DNA of 64,000 nt from Acinetobacter phage Mokit: sequence record MW388002.1, one strand, 5' to 3'. The stretch's first letter is position 1. Each line of letters starts with the position of its first letter. A program made the position numbers and the translations under genes. Positions 1 to 11,600 of the stretch are shown piece by piece. The notes below the pieces were generated by a model. The model searched no databases. It saw only the letters and a list, made by a program, of their open reading frames with translations, and was not told where the DNA came from.

Positions 1-1
1 T

Positions 2-694
2 GAAGGTACTGGCGAATATGACACTGCAAACATGAACATTAGTTCAACATATGCATTTATTGATGGCAACTACAAATATCAATATGACAAATACAATGAT
101 GTTAACCGCTGGGTGCCATTAGCCGGTGATATCGCTGGATTATGTGCTCGTACTGATGATATTTCTCAACCGTGGATGTCTCCAGCAGGCTATCAACGTG
201 GTCAATTGTTGAATGTTGTCAAGTTGGCTATCGAACCTCGTAAAGCACAACGTGACCGTATGTATCAAGATGCAATCAATCCGGTTATTGGTGCAAATGG
301 CGGAGACGGATTCGTGTTGTTTGGTGACAAAACTGCAACAAAAGTTCCTTCACCGTTTGACCGAGTAAACGTTCGTCGTTTATTCAATATGCTTAAAAAG
401 AATATTGGTGATGCTTCTAAATTCCGTTTATTCGAAATTAACGATGCATTCACACGTAGTGCCTTCCGCATGGAAACTTCGCAATATCTTTCAGGCATTC
501 GTTCTTTGGGCGGTGTATATGATTTCCGAGTAGTTTGTAATGAGACTAATAACACACCGGCGGTTATTGATCGAAATGAATTTGTTGCAACATTCTACAT
601 CAAACCGGCGCGGTCGATAAATTTTATTCAATTGAATTTTGTAGCTACTGCTACATCTGCAGATTTTGATGAATTGATTGGCAAACAACAATAA
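2..694 (+). CDS. 18: Tail sheath protein, C-terminal part. The gene starts upstream of the window.
   Basis: The open frame runs in from the window edge and ends about 650 nt before gp19. The C-terminal region resembles T4 gp18, and the position matches T4 synteny. Confidence 0.7.
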   Translation, partial: EGTGEYDTANMNISSTYAFIDGNYKYQYDKYNDVNRWVPLAGDIAGLCARTDDISQPWMSPAGYQRGQLLNVVKLAIEPRKAQRDRMYQDAINPVIGANGGDGFVLFGDKTATKVPSPFDRVNVRRLFNMLKKNIGDASKFRLFEINDAFTRSAFRMETSQYLSGIRSLGGVYDFRVVCNETNNTPAVIDRNEFVATFYIKPARSINFIQLNFVATATSADFDELIGKQQ

Positions 695-701
695 TCTTAT
701 G

Positions 702-729
702 GCTCTCTATAAATAAAAATATAGAGAGC
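702..729 (+). promoter_or_regulatory. Perfect 9-bp inverted repeat (gctctctat / atagagagc) enclosing a TATAAATA late-promoter box at 708..715. It could act as a gp18 terminator and as a late promoter for the HNH gene.
   Basis: The inverted repeat and the TATAAATA box are read directly from the sequence, about 31 nt upstream of the ATG at 746. Confidence 0.45.
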
Positions 730-745
730 TAATATTGAGATAGAG

Positions 746-1330
746 ATGATTATTGATAAAACTGTTAAAGTTAAAATTGTTGCAAGCAATTTCAAATATT
801 TTTCTGAACTTGGGTACAAGTTGAAGAAACTTGAACGTCGTAATGCAAATCCGCAAATCATTGATGTTAAAATTGAGCATTTAAAACCGGGCTCTAACGT
901 TAGAGTCTCATGTAAATGTGATAGATGCTCTGAAATATACACACAACGGGTCTGTCGAGACACCGACATTTGTTATCCTTGTAGAAAACATCTAAGTTTG
1001 CTTGGAAACAAACACGGTGCGGGCGGCGGTTACACCATCCCTTCAATGCAAGGTGAAAAACACCCTAGATGGAATCCTAATAAATCTGAAAAACGAAAGT
1101 ATGTAAATGAGTGCAATAAGGTTACTGCACGATTTGATTTAAGTACACTTGAAAATTCAGATAAACCTCGCGGATTGTGTGGAGTAGAAGGCGCATATCA
1201 ATTAGATCATATCATTCCTATCCAATACGGATTTGACAATAATATCTCTCCAGAAATAATTGGGCATATTGACAACCTAAGGTTTATCCCTTGGGAAGAA
1301 AATAATGCAAAAAGAGACAAAATAATTTAA
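746..1330 (+). CDS. HNH homing endonuclease with an N-terminal Cys4 zinc finger.
   Basis: The N-terminus carries CKCDRC...CYPCRKH. The C-terminus carries an HNH motif (QLDHIIP...N...N...H). Confidence 0.7.
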   Translation: MIIDKTVKVKIVASNFKYFSELGYKLKKLERRNANPQIIDVKIEHLKPGSNVRVSCKCDRCSEIYTQRVCRDTDICYPCRKHLSLLGNKHGAGGGYTIPSMQGEKHPRWNPNKSEKRKYVNECNKVTARFDLSTLENSDKPRGLCGVEGAYQLDHIIPIQYGFDNNISPEIIGHIDNLRFIPWEENNAKRDKII

Positions 1331-1339
1331 GGAAATATA

Positions 1340-1831
1340 ATGGAACTTACAGATTTACTCAGAGCATTTGAGTCTGGTGACTTTGCACGCCCAAACTTAT
1401 TTGAAGTTGAAATTCCTTTCTTAGGCAAGAATTTTAGTTTCAAATGTAAAGCTGCTGCAATGCCTCCTGCAAACGTAGACAAAATTGCAGTTGGCTTCCA
1501 AAACAGAAAATTGCATGTTGCTGGTGATAGAACATTTGATGATTGGTCGGTAACGATTTATTCAGATGATAAGCATGAAACTCGTCAGGCTATCCTTGAT
1601 TGGCAAAATCTATGTCATGGTCAAGGAGCAGAAATTAGTGGTGCTACACCTGCTGATTACAAAAAGACAGCAGTTATTCGCCAATTTGGACGCGATGGCA
1701 AAACCATTACCAAAGAGCATACCATTTATGGGCTGTGGCCTACTATTGTAGGCGAAGTGCAACTTGACTGGGATACAAACTCAGAAGTAGAAACATTTGA
1801 AACTACATTTGCATTAGATTATTGGCTATAA
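1340..1831 (+). CDS. 19: Tail tube protein.
   Basis: At 163 aa it matches the size of T4 gp19 and sits directly upstream of gp20. Confidence 0.85.
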   Translation: MELTDLLRAFESGDFARPNLFEVEIPFLGKNFSFKCKAAAMPPANVDKIAVGFQNRKLHVAGDRTFDDWSVTIYSDDKHETRQAILDWQNLCHGQGAEISGATPADYKKTAVIRQFGRDGKTITKEHTIYGLWPTIVGEVQLDWDTNSEVETFETTFALDYWL

Positions 1832-1847
1832 GTGAAAATCCGATTGG

Positions 1848-1855
1848 TATAAATA
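1848..1855 (+). promoter_or_regulatory. T4-type late promoter TATAAATA.
   Basis: Exact TATAAATA about 37 nt upstream of the gp20 ATG. Confidence 0.5.
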
Positions 1856-1892
1856 ACTTTATATCAATCGGAACCACTCTGTAGGAGGATTT

Positions 1893-3446
1893 ATGCAAGA
1901 TGTGAACGATTTGAAAATGTTCGCCTTTTGGCAAAAAGTTGACACCACAGAATACGATCAGATTATTAACGATAAAGCAGAGTCTATCACCGCTCCAAAA
2001 TTTGATGATGGCGCTACAGAGATTGAATCATCTGACGCATCATACAATGGTGTATTTAGACAATTATACGGTAATCAAGACCCTAATGTTACTTCGACAA
2101 AGGAATTGATTAACACTTATCGAAGCATGCTTAATAACTATGAAGTCGATAATGCCGTACAAGAAATTGTTTCAGATGCAATCGTGTATGAAGATGGCTA
2201 TGATGTAGTATCTCTTGATTTAGAACAAACAAAATTTTCGCCTAATATTCGTGAAAAAATATTTGAAGAATTTTCAGAAATTCTCAATATGCTTAATTTC
2301 CAGCGTAAAGGTTCTGATCATTTTAGACGTTGGTATGTAGATTCACGTATATTTTATCATAAGATTATTAATCCGTCACGCCCAAAGGATGGCATCATAG
2401 AGTTAAGGCGTTTAGATCCACGTCAAGTTCAGTTTATACGTGAAATTGAAACTGTTACGGAAAAAGGGGTCAAAGTAGTAAAAGGTTATAAAGAATATTT
2501 CATTTATGACACGCAAAATGACACATACAACTGCAATGGTAGACAATTTGCCGCAGGTTCTAAAGTTAGAATCCCGTATTCTGCAATGGTTTATGCTCAT
2601 TCAGGGCTTGTGGATTGCTGTGGCAAAAACATTATCGGCTATTTGCATAGAGCAGTTAAACCAGCCAACCAGCTGAAATTGCTTGAAGATGCAATGATGA
2701 TTTATCGTCTTACTCGCGCGCCCGATCGTCGTGTTTTTTATATTGATACAGGTAACATGCCGGCTCGCAAAGCAGCACAACATATGCAACACATTATGAA
2801 TTCTCATCGAAATAGAATTTCATATGATGCATCTACAGGAAAAATTAAAAATCAGGCGAATATGATGGCCCTCACCGAGGACTATTGGCTACAACGTCGT
2901 GATGGTAAAGCAGTTACCGAAGTTGATACATTGCCGGGCATGTCTGGTATGAATGAAATGGATGACATTTTATACTTCCGTAAAGCACTGTACATGGCAC
3001 TTCGGGTACCATTATCTCGAATACCCGATGAACAGTCTCAAAATGTGTTTGATATGAGCACAGCCATATCACGTGATGAGCTTAGATTTGATAAGTTCAT
3101 TATGGAACTTCAACATAAGTTTGAAGAAATTTTCCTTAATCCACTCAAAAGTAATTTGCTTTTAAAACGCATTATTAGCGAAGACGAGTGGGAGAACGAA
3201 ATAAATAATATTAAAGTTGTATTCCACAAAAATTCCTATTTCACTGAAATGAAAGAAATGGAAATTATGGAACGACGTGTCAATGCACTTAATTTAGTTG
3301 AACCTTATGTTGGCAAATATATTTCTAATCAAACTGCAATGAAACAATTCTTGCATATGACTGATGAAGAAATTGCGGCTGAGCGTAAAATTATTGACAA
3401 AGAGCTTAAAGATAAAGTATATAACCCACCAGACGAGGAATTATAA
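1893..3446 (+). CDS. 20: Portal vertex protein.
   Basis: 517 aa against T4 gp20 at 524 aa, in syntenic position. Confidence 0.9.
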   Translation: MQDVNDLKMFAFWQKVDTTEYDQIINDKAESITAPKFDDGATEIESSDASYNGVFRQLYGNQDPNVTSTKELINTYRSMLNNYEVDNAVQEIVSDAIVYEDGYDVVSLDLEQTKFSPNIREKIFEEFSEILNMLNFQRKGSDHFRRWYVDSRIFYHKIINPSRPKDGIIELRRLDPRQVQFIREIETVTEKGVKVVKGYKEYFIYDTQNDTYNCNGRQFAAGSKVRIPYSAMVYAHSGLVDCCGKNIIGYLHRAVKPANQLKLLEDAMMIYRLTRAPDRRVFYIDTGNMPARKAAQHMQHIMNSHRNRISYDASTGKIKNQANMMALTEDYWLQRRDGKAVTEVDTLPGMSGMNEMDDILYFRKALYMALRVPLSRIPDEQSQNVFDMSTAISRDELRFDKFIMELQHKFEEIFLNPLKSNLLLKRIISEDEWENEINNIKVVFHKNSYFTEMKEMEIMERRVNALNLVEPYVGKYISNQTAMKQFLHMTDEEIAAERKIIDKELKDKVYNPPDEEL

Positions 3447-3661
3447 TGGACGATATTATTCAAGCCATTGCTTCCAACGACCTAGTAAAATTTAAGCGTT
3501 GCTTTAATGAAGCTATGGCAACAAAAGTTGGAAAAGTCTTACAAGAAGAAAAACTACAAATTGCTAAATCTGTCATGATTGAAGGTGAAGAAGCTGCCCT
3601 TGATGATGAAGACGATGAAGATGAAGGCGATGACAATCCTGAGCCAGATGAGGACGACTAA
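3446..3661 (+). CDS. 67: Prohead core protein with an acidic C-terminus.
   Basis: 71 aa with a highly acidic tail, in the position between gp20 and gp68. Confidence 0.6.
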   Translation: MDDIIQAIASNDLVKFKRCFNEAMATKVGKVLQEEKLQIAKSVMIEGEEAALDDEDDEDEGDDNPEPDEDD

Positions 3662-4089
3662 TGTTGATTATTGTTGAAAACGAATTAGTTTTTGATGATG
3701 TTTCAAATCTCCTTCCTGAAGCAACAAAACAATATGAACAGCTCTCAAAACTTTTTGAGAAAGACGAAATTGTTAAAATTGTTGAAAATTTAGGTAAAAC
3801 AGAGCCAGAACTTGCAGTTGCAATTGGCTCTCTTGTAGAAGATGTACCTTTAAATGAATTCATGGTAAAACATGTAAGTGCAAAAGGCGAACTCACAAAA
3901 ACTAAAGATCGCAAAACACGTGAACGTAATGCGTATCAAACTACTGGGTTATCAAAATCTGAACGGCGCCGTATTGCTCGCAAGGCGGTAAAAACAAAAA
4001 AAGCGAATCCTTCCGGTCAGATTCGAGCTCAAAAGAAAATTAAAAAAGCTCGTGCTAAACGCAAGAGTATGTATGGACTTAAACCATGA
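3661..4089 (+). CDS. 68: Prohead core protein.
   Basis: 142 aa against T4 gp68 at 141 aa. ATGA start/stop overlaps on both sides. Confidence 0.6.
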   Translation: MLIIVENELVFDDVSNLLPEATKQYEQLSKLFEKDEIVKIVENLGKTEPELAVAIGSLVEDVPLNEFMVKHVSAKGELTKTKDRKTRERNAYQTTGLSKSERRRIARKAVKTKKANPSGQIRAQKKIKKARAKRKSMYGLKP

Positions 4090-4733
4090 CTAATGAACCT
4101 CAATTGTTAATTGAGCATTGGGGCCAGGCAGCAGAAGTTACGGATGTTTTAACTAATCAGCTGGACGAGTCTTTAGGCAAAGGATTGCCACCAGGTTTGT
4201 ATATTGAAGGTATCTTTCTTCAGGCAGATGTTGTCAACAGAAATAGAAGATACTATCCTAAGGCTGTTCTCGAAAAGGCTGTTGATAAGTACATCAAAGA
4301 ACAAGTCAATACAAACCAGGCATTAGGCGAATTAAACCATCCGCCAAGAGCAAATGTCGACCCAATGCAGGCCGCCATTATTATCGAAGATATGTGGTGG
4401 AAAGGCAAAAATGTGATGGGACGTGCTAGAATTATTGAAGGCGACAATGGAGCCGGAGATAAATTGGCAGCACTCATCAGATCAGGTTGGAAGCCTGGAG
4501 TATCAAGTCGAGGACTTGGTAATGTCAAAGATTCTGGACGTGGATATAATATCGTCCAAGAAGGATTCCGTCTAACAGTAGGTGTTGATGTTGTTTGGGG
4601 CCCTAGTGCGCCAGATGCATGGGTAAAACCGATGGAAATTACTGAAAGCGTAAATGAGGATGCAACTGTAGCAACAAATCAGAACGCTGATTCAGCATTC
4701 AAGAAATTAATTAGTAACTTGAGTGCGTTATAA
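4086..4733 (+). CDS. 21: Prohead core scaffold / prohead protease.
   Basis: 215 aa against T4 gp21 at 212 aa, in syntenic position. Confidence 0.85.
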   Translation: MTNEPQLLIEHWGQAAEVTDVLTNQLDESLGKGLPPGLYIEGIFLQADVVNRNRRYYPKAVLEKAVDKYIKEQVNTNQALGELNHPPRANVDPMQAAIIIEDMWWKGKNVMGRARIIEGDNGAGDKLAALIRSGWKPGVSSRGLGNVKDSGRGYNIVQEGFRLTVGVDVVWGPSAPDAWVKPMEITESVNEDATVATNQNADSAFKKLISNLSAL

Positions 4734-4736
4734 ATA
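4729..4736 (+). promoter_or_regulatory. Late promoter TATAAATA.
   Basis: Exact box about 27 nt upstream of the gp22 ATG. Confidence 0.5.
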
Positions 4737-4763
4737 AAATTATATTAAAAACAGGAAATCAAA

Positions 4764-5591
4764 ATGCTGAAAGATCAATTACTCAAGGAAGCTCAAGAAA
4801 TTGAAGTTTCTGTAGAATTAGACGGTATTTTTGAATCAGTAGAACTTTCTGAAGAAATGCAACAGAATTTTAAAACTGTATTCGAAACAGCCGTTAAAAA
4901 GAATGCTTCTGCGCTAGCTGAATCTCACATCTTAGCCATTGCTGAAAAGGCTGATGAACGTGTTAATGAAGAAGTTGAAGCACAAGTTAAAGCAGTTGAA
5001 ACAAAACTAGTTGAAGCCGCTGACAAATTGTTTGAACATACAGCAAAAGAATGGTTAGCTGAAAACAAACTTGAAGTTAGTCGTGGTATTAAAGCCGACC
5101 TATTCGAATCAATGTTCGAAGGCCTTAAATCACTAGTTGTAGAACATAACATTGTACTTCCTGAAGAATCTGTTGACGTTGTTACTGAAATGGAAGAAGA
5201 ACTTCAAGAACACAAAGAAGAAAATTCTAAGTTGTTTACTGCTTTGACCGAAACACAAGATGAATTAAAATCATTAAAACGTGAAGTTGCAGTAAATGAA
5301 GCTACTAGCGAATTGACTGAAAGCCAAAAAGAAAAAGTTCATAGCCTAATCGAAGGTCTTGAATATGGCGATACATTCGAAAGTAAATTAGCTGCTATTG
5401 TTGAAATGGCTACTGCTACTAAGACTCCTGCGCCGATTGTTGAAAGCGTTGAAGGACGTTCAGAACCCGAAATAAATAATACTAACAATGATGCATCTGG
5501 TTTGAATTACATTGCTGAAGAACACCCAGCCGAAGAACCTGCACCAAATGCAAAAATCAACTCTTATGTAGCAGCTGCAAAACGCTTCTAA
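4764..5591 (+). CDS. 22: Prohead core scaffold protein.
   Basis: 275 aa, rich in acidic residues and coiled-coil-like sequence, against T4 gp22 at 269 aa. Confidence 0.8.
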   Translation: MLKDQLLKEAQEIEVSVELDGIFESVELSEEMQQNFKTVFETAVKKNASALAESHILAIAEKADERVNEEVEAQVKAVETKLVEAADKLFEHTAKEWLAENKLEVSRGIKADLFESMFEGLKSLVVEHNIVLPEESVDVVTEMEEELQEHKEENSKLFTALTETQDELKSLKREVAVNEATSELTESQKEKVHSLIEGLEYGDTFESKLAAIVEMATATKTPAPIVESVEGRSEPEINNTNNDASGLNYIAEEHPAEEPAPNAKINSYVAAAKRF

Positions 5592-5617
5592 TAAAATTTC
5601 CACAAAGGTAATAAAAC

Positions 5618-7198
5618 ATGTCTCAATTCAAACAAAAAACTAAAGAACAATTACTAGAAACTTGGGGAGATTTCCTCACAGCTGAAGGCCTTCCGGTAAT
5701 TGACGAAAGCCGCCACGTAGTAATGGCAAAGATCTTTGAGAACCAAGAGCAAGATTTCCTTACTGGCACAGAATACCGTGATCCCGAAATCGTTAAAGCA
5801 TTCTCTGGATTCTTGACTGAAGCAGAAATTGGTGGTGACCATGGTTACGATGCAACAAATATTGCTGCTGGTCAAACATCAGGTGCTGTAACTCAAATCG
5901 GTCCTGCTGTAATGGGTATGGTACGTCGTGCAATTCCTAACTTAATCGCATTTGATATTTGTGGTGTACAGCCTTTAAACGGTCCTACAGGCCAAATCTT
6001 CTCGTTACGCTCAGTATATGGTAAAGATCCATTAGCTGCTGGTGCTAAAGAAGCTTTCCACCCAATGCTATCTCCGGATACAATGCATTCAGGTCAAGGC
6101 GCTGCTGAAGCATTCCCAGTTGCTGCAGCAGGTGATGTACTTGCAATCGGTGACATTCGTCGTCATGACTTTGCTGATACCGGCCGTGTATACATTCAAG
6201 CAGTTAAAGCAGTAACAGTTGATGCAGATGCAACGACTCCTGAATTGTTAGACATCGAAGTTAAAAAACTAATGGAAGCAGGTACAATTGCCGAAATTGG
6301 TGAAGGTATGGCTACTTCGGTTGCTGAACTTCAAGAAGGTTTCAATGGTTCACAAAATAACCCTTGGAACGAAATGGGTTTCCGTATCGACAAACAATCA
6401 GTTGAAGTTAAATCTCGTCAATTAAAAGCTCAATACTCAATCGAACTTGCACAAGATTTGAAAGCTGTTCACGGTATGGATGCTGACGCTGAATTAGCTG
6501 GTATCCTTGCAACAGAAATTATGCTTGAAATCAACCGTGAAATCGTTGATTGGATCAACTTCTCAGCACAAGTTGGTAAAACTGGCTTCACACAAACAAG
6601 TGGTTCTAAAGCAGGTGTATTTGACTTCCAAGATCCGATCGATGTTAAAGGTGCACGTTGGGCTGGTGAAGCTTACAAAGCGTTGTTAATCCAAATCGAT
6701 AAAGAAGCTTCAGAAATTGCTCGTCAAACTGGTCGTGGTATTGGTAACTTCATTATCGCTTCTCGTAACGTTGTAATGGCTCTTGCTCAAGTTGATGAAC
6801 GTGTTAGCCCTGCCGCTCAAGGTCTTGCATCTGGCATGAACTATGACACAACTAAAGCAACATTTGCTGGTGTACTTGGTGGTCGTTACCGTGTATATAT
6901 TGACCAATATGCTCGTCAAGACTACTTCACAGTTGGTTTTAAAGGTTCAAGCGAATTGGATGCTGGTATTTACTACAGCCCATACGTTCCATTAACTCCA
7001 TTACGTGGTTCTGATCCGAAAAACTTCCAACCAGTAATGGGCTTCAAAACTCGTTATGCAGTTGGTATCAACCCATTTGCAGATACATCAGCTCAAGCTC
7101 CTGCAGGTAATCGTCGTATTAGCAATGGTATGCCGACTATCGAGAATTCAGCTGGTAAAAATGGTTACTTCCGCAAAGTTTTCGTTAAAGGAATCTAA
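5618..7198 (+). CDS. 23: Major capsid protein.
   Basis: 526 aa against T4 gp23 at 521 aa, with a characteristic N-terminal propeptide region. Confidence 0.95.
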   Translation: MSQFKQKTKEQLLETWGDFLTAEGLPVIDESRHVVMAKIFENQEQDFLTGTEYRDPEIVKAFSGFLTEAEIGGDHGYDATNIAAGQTSGAVTQIGPAVMGMVRRAIPNLIAFDICGVQPLNGPTGQIFSLRSVYGKDPLAAGAKEAFHPMLSPDTMHSGQGAAEAFPVAAAGDVLAIGDIRRHDFADTGRVYIQAVKAVTVDADATTPELLDIEVKKLMEAGTIAEIGEGMATSVAELQEGFNGSQNNPWNEMGFRIDKQSVEVKSRQLKAQYSIELAQDLKAVHGMDADAELAGILATEIMLEINREIVDWINFSAQVGKTGFTQTSGSKAGVFDFQDPIDVKGARWAGEAYKALLIQIDKEASEIARQTGRGIGNFIIASRNVVMALAQVDERVSPAAQGLASGMNYDTTKATFAGVLGGRYRVYIDQYARQDYFTVGFKGSSELDAGIYYSPYVPLTPLRGSDPKNFQPVMGFKTRYAVGINPFADTSAQAPAGNRRISNGMPTIENSAGKNGYFRKVFVKGI

Positions 7199-7223
7199 GG
7201 TTCCTTTAACCTTAACTTAAAAA

Positions 7224-7253
7224 GAAAGGAGTCTCATATGACTCCTTTTTTAT
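7224..7253 (+). terminator. Rho-independent terminator after gp23.
   Basis: aggagtc tcatat gactcct followed by a T-run. Confidence 0.6.
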
Positions 7254-7264
7254 TGATCTCTGAA

Positions 7265-7272
7265 TATAAATA
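7265..7272 (+). promoter_or_regulatory. Late promoter TATAAATA.
   Basis: About 46 nt upstream of the gp24 ATG. Confidence 0.45.
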
Positions 7273-7318
7273 TTATAGAAAAATCAATAATGGTAAGTGG
7301 TCTATATAGGAAAACAAC

Positions 7319-8587
7319 ATGAAATATATCGATAAAATTATTCGAGAGTCTACAACATCGCAAGATAATGTCGATTCTAGACCTTCGCTTTTAGCATTAA
7401 CAAGAGCTACAACAAATTTAGTTTATCACGATTTAGTCGCTACACAATATACAGATCAGCCTATTGCCGCTTTATATGGTGTAAAATATTTGAATCCTAA
7501 TAAAGAATTAACATTTGTTACAGGTGCAACTTATTCAGGTGCAATCGGCACAGAAGATAGAAAAACCATGCCTGAGTTGACTGGAGCTACTCCTATGTCA
7601 AAAGGCACTTTATTCAAGTATACCGATGTCGTCTTCAAGGCACTAGTAGATAATCCTTTTGCTGGAACTACAGAAACAGACGTATTTGATATTTTATCAG
7701 AAGCGGTTGCGGCAAACAATGTCAGAATGGTTCCAGAAGCCGCAGATACCGCCAAATTTGAAGGAGTAGAATCCGACATCGCTGAAGCGTCATTTGAAAT
7801 TAATAAATGGCAAGCTCCAGTAAAATCTAGAAAATTTAAAGCTGAATTAACGGTTGAACTTGCGCAAGATATGGAAGCATCAGGATTTGATGCACCTGAA
7901 ACCATTGAGGATTTACTTGCCACTCAAATGGCAGAAGAAATCAACAAAGACATTTTACAATCATTGGTAACAGTATCATCAAGATTTAAAGTGAAAGGTG
8001 TTTCTGATAAAGGAGTTTTAGATTTATCTGATCCTAATATCCCTTCAACAACACAAGGTCGTGAGTTATACCGCTTCATCTGCGAAATGAATGCTCAAAT
8101 TCAAAGACAAACTTCATATTCAGCCACTTATGTTGTAGCAAGCTCTAGAGTTGCAGCACTGTTAACGGCTTCAGGGTGGTTGAAAAAAGAAGATGACCAA
8201 CCTTACGCATCTGCAGGAATTCTTAATAATGGTTTAGTACTTTATTGCGACAACAATAGCCCAGTTGAATATGTTGTTGTTGGAGTTAAAGCTGAATACG
8301 GTGATAATGAAATGGTAGGATCTTTGTTCTATGCTCCATACGCCGAAGGTTTTAATAAAGAAGCTGATCCTACTGACCACATTGGAATGTATAAAGTTAT
8401 CAATGATTCTAGCAGCTTACAACCACGAGTTGCTCTATTGGTAAGATATGCTCTGTGCGTAAATCCATACACAGTAGGTTTAAATGATCAAGAAGCTCGA
8501 GTTGTTGATGCGAGCGACATGGATCAATTCGCAGGTCAAAGTAAAATGTCAGTTTTATTAGGTTTAAAATTGCCTAAGTTGGTATAA
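7319..8587 (+). CDS. 24: Capsid vertex protein.
   Basis: 422 aa against T4 gp24 at 427 aa. It looks like a gp23 paralogue. Confidence 0.9.
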   Translation: MKYIDKIIRESTTSQDNVDSRPSLLALTRATTNLVYHDLVATQYTDQPIAALYGVKYLNPNKELTFVTGATYSGAIGTEDRKTMPELTGATPMSKGTLFKYTDVVFKALVDNPFAGTTETDVFDILSEAVAANNVRMVPEAADTAKFEGVESDIAEASFEINKWQAPVKSRKFKAELTVELAQDMEASGFDAPETIEDLLATQMAEEINKDILQSLVTVSSRFKVKGVSDKGVLDLSDPNIPSTTQGRELYRFICEMNAQIQRQTSYSATYVVASSRVAALLTASGWLKKEDDQPYASAGILNNGLVLYCDNNSPVEYVVVGVKAEYGDNEMVGSLFYAPYAEGFNKEADPTDHIGMYKVINDSSSLQPRVALLVRYALCVNPYTVGLNDQEARVVDASDMDQFAGQSKMSVLLGLKLPKLV

Positions 8588-8603
8588 TATAAAAATTAAA
8601 CAC

Positions 8604-8632
8604 AAAAGGGACTCATATGAGTCCCTTTTTAA
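8604..8632. terminator. Bidirectional terminator between convergent gp24 and hoc.
   Basis: aaagggactc atat gagtcccttt flanked by A- and T-runs. Confidence 0.6.
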
Positions 8633-8642
8633 GGTTTTGATA

Positions 8643-11600
8643 TTAGTAAATTATTCCAATATCGATTTGATTCTTTGTGATAATCCAACCGTGTCTAGAT
8701 TCTTGAATTTCGACATTAGGATAATCTTGAATCATTTTAGCAATTGTCAATAATTCACAGGCATATTTTAATCCATTAGCTTCAGGATTTTTCCAATCTA
8801 TTCCTTTGGCAACAGCTTCCTGTAATTCATCCAATACCCAATATCCACACCAAATAAATGATGAGTCTCTTGAATCAAGTGGATGAATGTGTCTAATACA
8901 ATCGCCTTCGATTGGAGGACTCGCAACTGAAATCTCTACACTAAGTTCAATAACTCTATCCAAATAATCAGGATGCTTAAATGTTACTGTAACACTAGAT
9001 GTAGATTTTCCTGGAGCAGTAGGAGTAACTGATACCGCCTGTGTAGTAGCTCCATTGTTCCAAAGATATGTTATCGAAGTCCCATCAACAGATGTCATCG
9101 CATCAACTGTAGCTTCATAAGATTCACCCAAAGTAATAGATTCTTTATCAACTGATATATTAGCTACTCCTTGTACAACAATCTTCTCAACTTTGATTTT
9201 GACACCATTTGATGAAACAATCGCTTCATCATAATCTGGATGAGTTGCAGTAACCACACAATTTAGTGTATAGTCGCCGGCCAAATGCTCAGATCTAGTA
9301 ACAGTTTTTGAAGTTTCTCCTGTTGACCATTTATATGCAAATGTTGATCCATTTGGAGCATTTTTAACATCGACACTAACACTGAAGGATTCATCCTGCT
9401 TTACTGTTGTTTTAGTTGCACTAGCTTCAGCAGTAATACTCATTACCATTTTATTGGCAGTCATTTCAACTTCTTTTGTCAGAACTACATTATCAGCACC
9501 CTCTGCTACAGTGGTAGAGGTTACTTTAATTTTATGTTTTCCTGCTACAGTTGGAGTATAATCAAGGTAGTTTGTTGTCGAAGGATTTTTCGTTCCATCA
9601 ACTTCCCACGCATATGTTGTGCTAGAATCTGCGGGTGCACCTTCTACTAAAGCTGTAAATCTTTGTGAGTCCTTTATTGTTACTACTGCGTCAGTAGGTA
9701 ACAGACTTAATGTAATGGCCATTTCTCGTTTTTCCGTTGTTACGTTAAATTTTTCATCTAATATTAAATCTCCATCATAATCAGGATGGCTAAGTCGAGC
9801 TTTAGTAGAAATCTCATGTTGTCCTGGATTTACCGCTGCCACTGTGAATGAGTCCTTAATATCAGAGAGTGATATAAATTTATCATCGATAAACCATGAC
9901 ACAGAATCAACAGATAATTGATCAAAATTTTCTACTAATTCTTTTCCTACTATTGAAGCGCTAACAATTAGATTTTCACCCCATTTCAGTAATGTCTTAT
10001 TTGGAACTAAATCTAAACTAAGATTAGGCCAAGCCTTCCTATTAATATCAATTGTAGATTCATGTGAACTCACAGGAGTATCATTAAATCCATCTTTCTT
10101 AACTATAGCGGATGCCGATATTGTATAGTTAAAATTTTCGGCTTTCATTGTTATCTCAGGAGATGTCACAATTTTGCCATTTATTTTCCAAGTGATATTC
10201 TCAGTAGTTGCTCCATCAGGTAAATTAGTCCACTTAGGTTTAATCGTGAAAGTCTGATCCAAAGTTATATTAGTTGGAACAGTTTCAAAATCCAAAATGG
10301 GTGTAGGATCAATAGGATTGTCTAGCACCTCTAAAATAATATCAGATTCTGCTACAAGAGGAACGGCATCCACATACATATCATCAGTAAATGTATGTCT
10401 AATTTTACCGACTAATTGTTTAGATTCATTCGGTAATGTATAAGAGAATTTTCCATTTACTGCTTCAACTACAGGATTGCCTTGGAAGTCAATAAGTTCA
10501 TATTTACCCTTTTTAGATAAAGTTTCAATCTCTTGGGCATACTCTGCTGGGGTATCTTTTATGTAATCCAATAAATTAATAACATCAAATTCAATAAGAT
10601 TACCTTTGGCACCAGAGAAGTAGAAATTGTTTGAAGCTGTTAAGAATTTACCATCTACTCTAAAAATACCTTTAGCATTCCACTCAGGTTGTTTTCCAAT
10701 AGTGACAGTTTTAGAAATCTCAAAATCTTGTTGTTCAAAATATGGATTCTCTTTTGATTTACCTGATACTTTAATCTCTACCGTTTTACCGCATAAAGAA
10801 GGTTCGATATATTCCATTGAATAAAAATTAGGAGTAGTTGGAATTCCTGAGAAAACTTCTACACCGTCTATAGTTACTTTTGCGACATCCTTATCTGAAA
10901 TTTCAAATGGATAATTTTTATAATCAGGAACACCAGAATATGTACCGTTTACACCAATGCTTTCACCTGATCCGTGACCCCAATACATTTTTTCAAAGTA
11001 ATATAGGCCAACGATTTCAGCTGAATGTGGCGCAGCAATCATCTTAACAAATTCAATTGGAACTTCAGGTGATGTTACAGTAACACCTTCATAGTCATCA
11101 GATTTAACGGATACTATGCACTTGACGTTATATGTGCCAACTTCTTTCCTAGTAAAAATTAGATCCTTTTCACTTCCGGCGTGGTCACCATTAACAGACC
11201 AATCATAAGATATAGATACTCCCGCAGGTGCTCCAGTTACATTGGCAGTAAAATTAGCAGATGAAGTGATCTCTGCTGAAGGAGAACTTGAATTTACAGT
11301 TACTGAAATTCCATCCATTGTACTTTTTACACTGTTTACTACAGTTTCATCAGTTATAACAATAGTTTCGGAACCTTTGGTAACAGTAACTTCAACTTTA
11401 AATGTATCAGTTCCCACTTTCTCATATGGATATGTTACAGGTTTATCTTCAGAAAATAACACTCCATTTTTATACCATTTTTGAGTGGCAGTATAAGGTA
11501 ATGCAACACCAGTAACAGTATAATCTAATACGGCAGATTGACCTATACTAATAGTAACATTACGTGGAGAAATAGATACTTTTCCTCGCAAAGGTTCATA

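Larger units (their letters stand above)
697..1335 (+). mobile_element. Free-standing homing-endonuclease insertion between gp18 and gp19.
   Basis: T4 has no gene between 18 and 19. Here an HNH ORF with its own promoter/hairpin occupies that gap. Confidence 0.45.

Noticed and set aside
265-691. Two minus-strand ORFs of 96 and 66 aa.
   Set aside because: They are antisense within the tail sheath C-terminal coding region.
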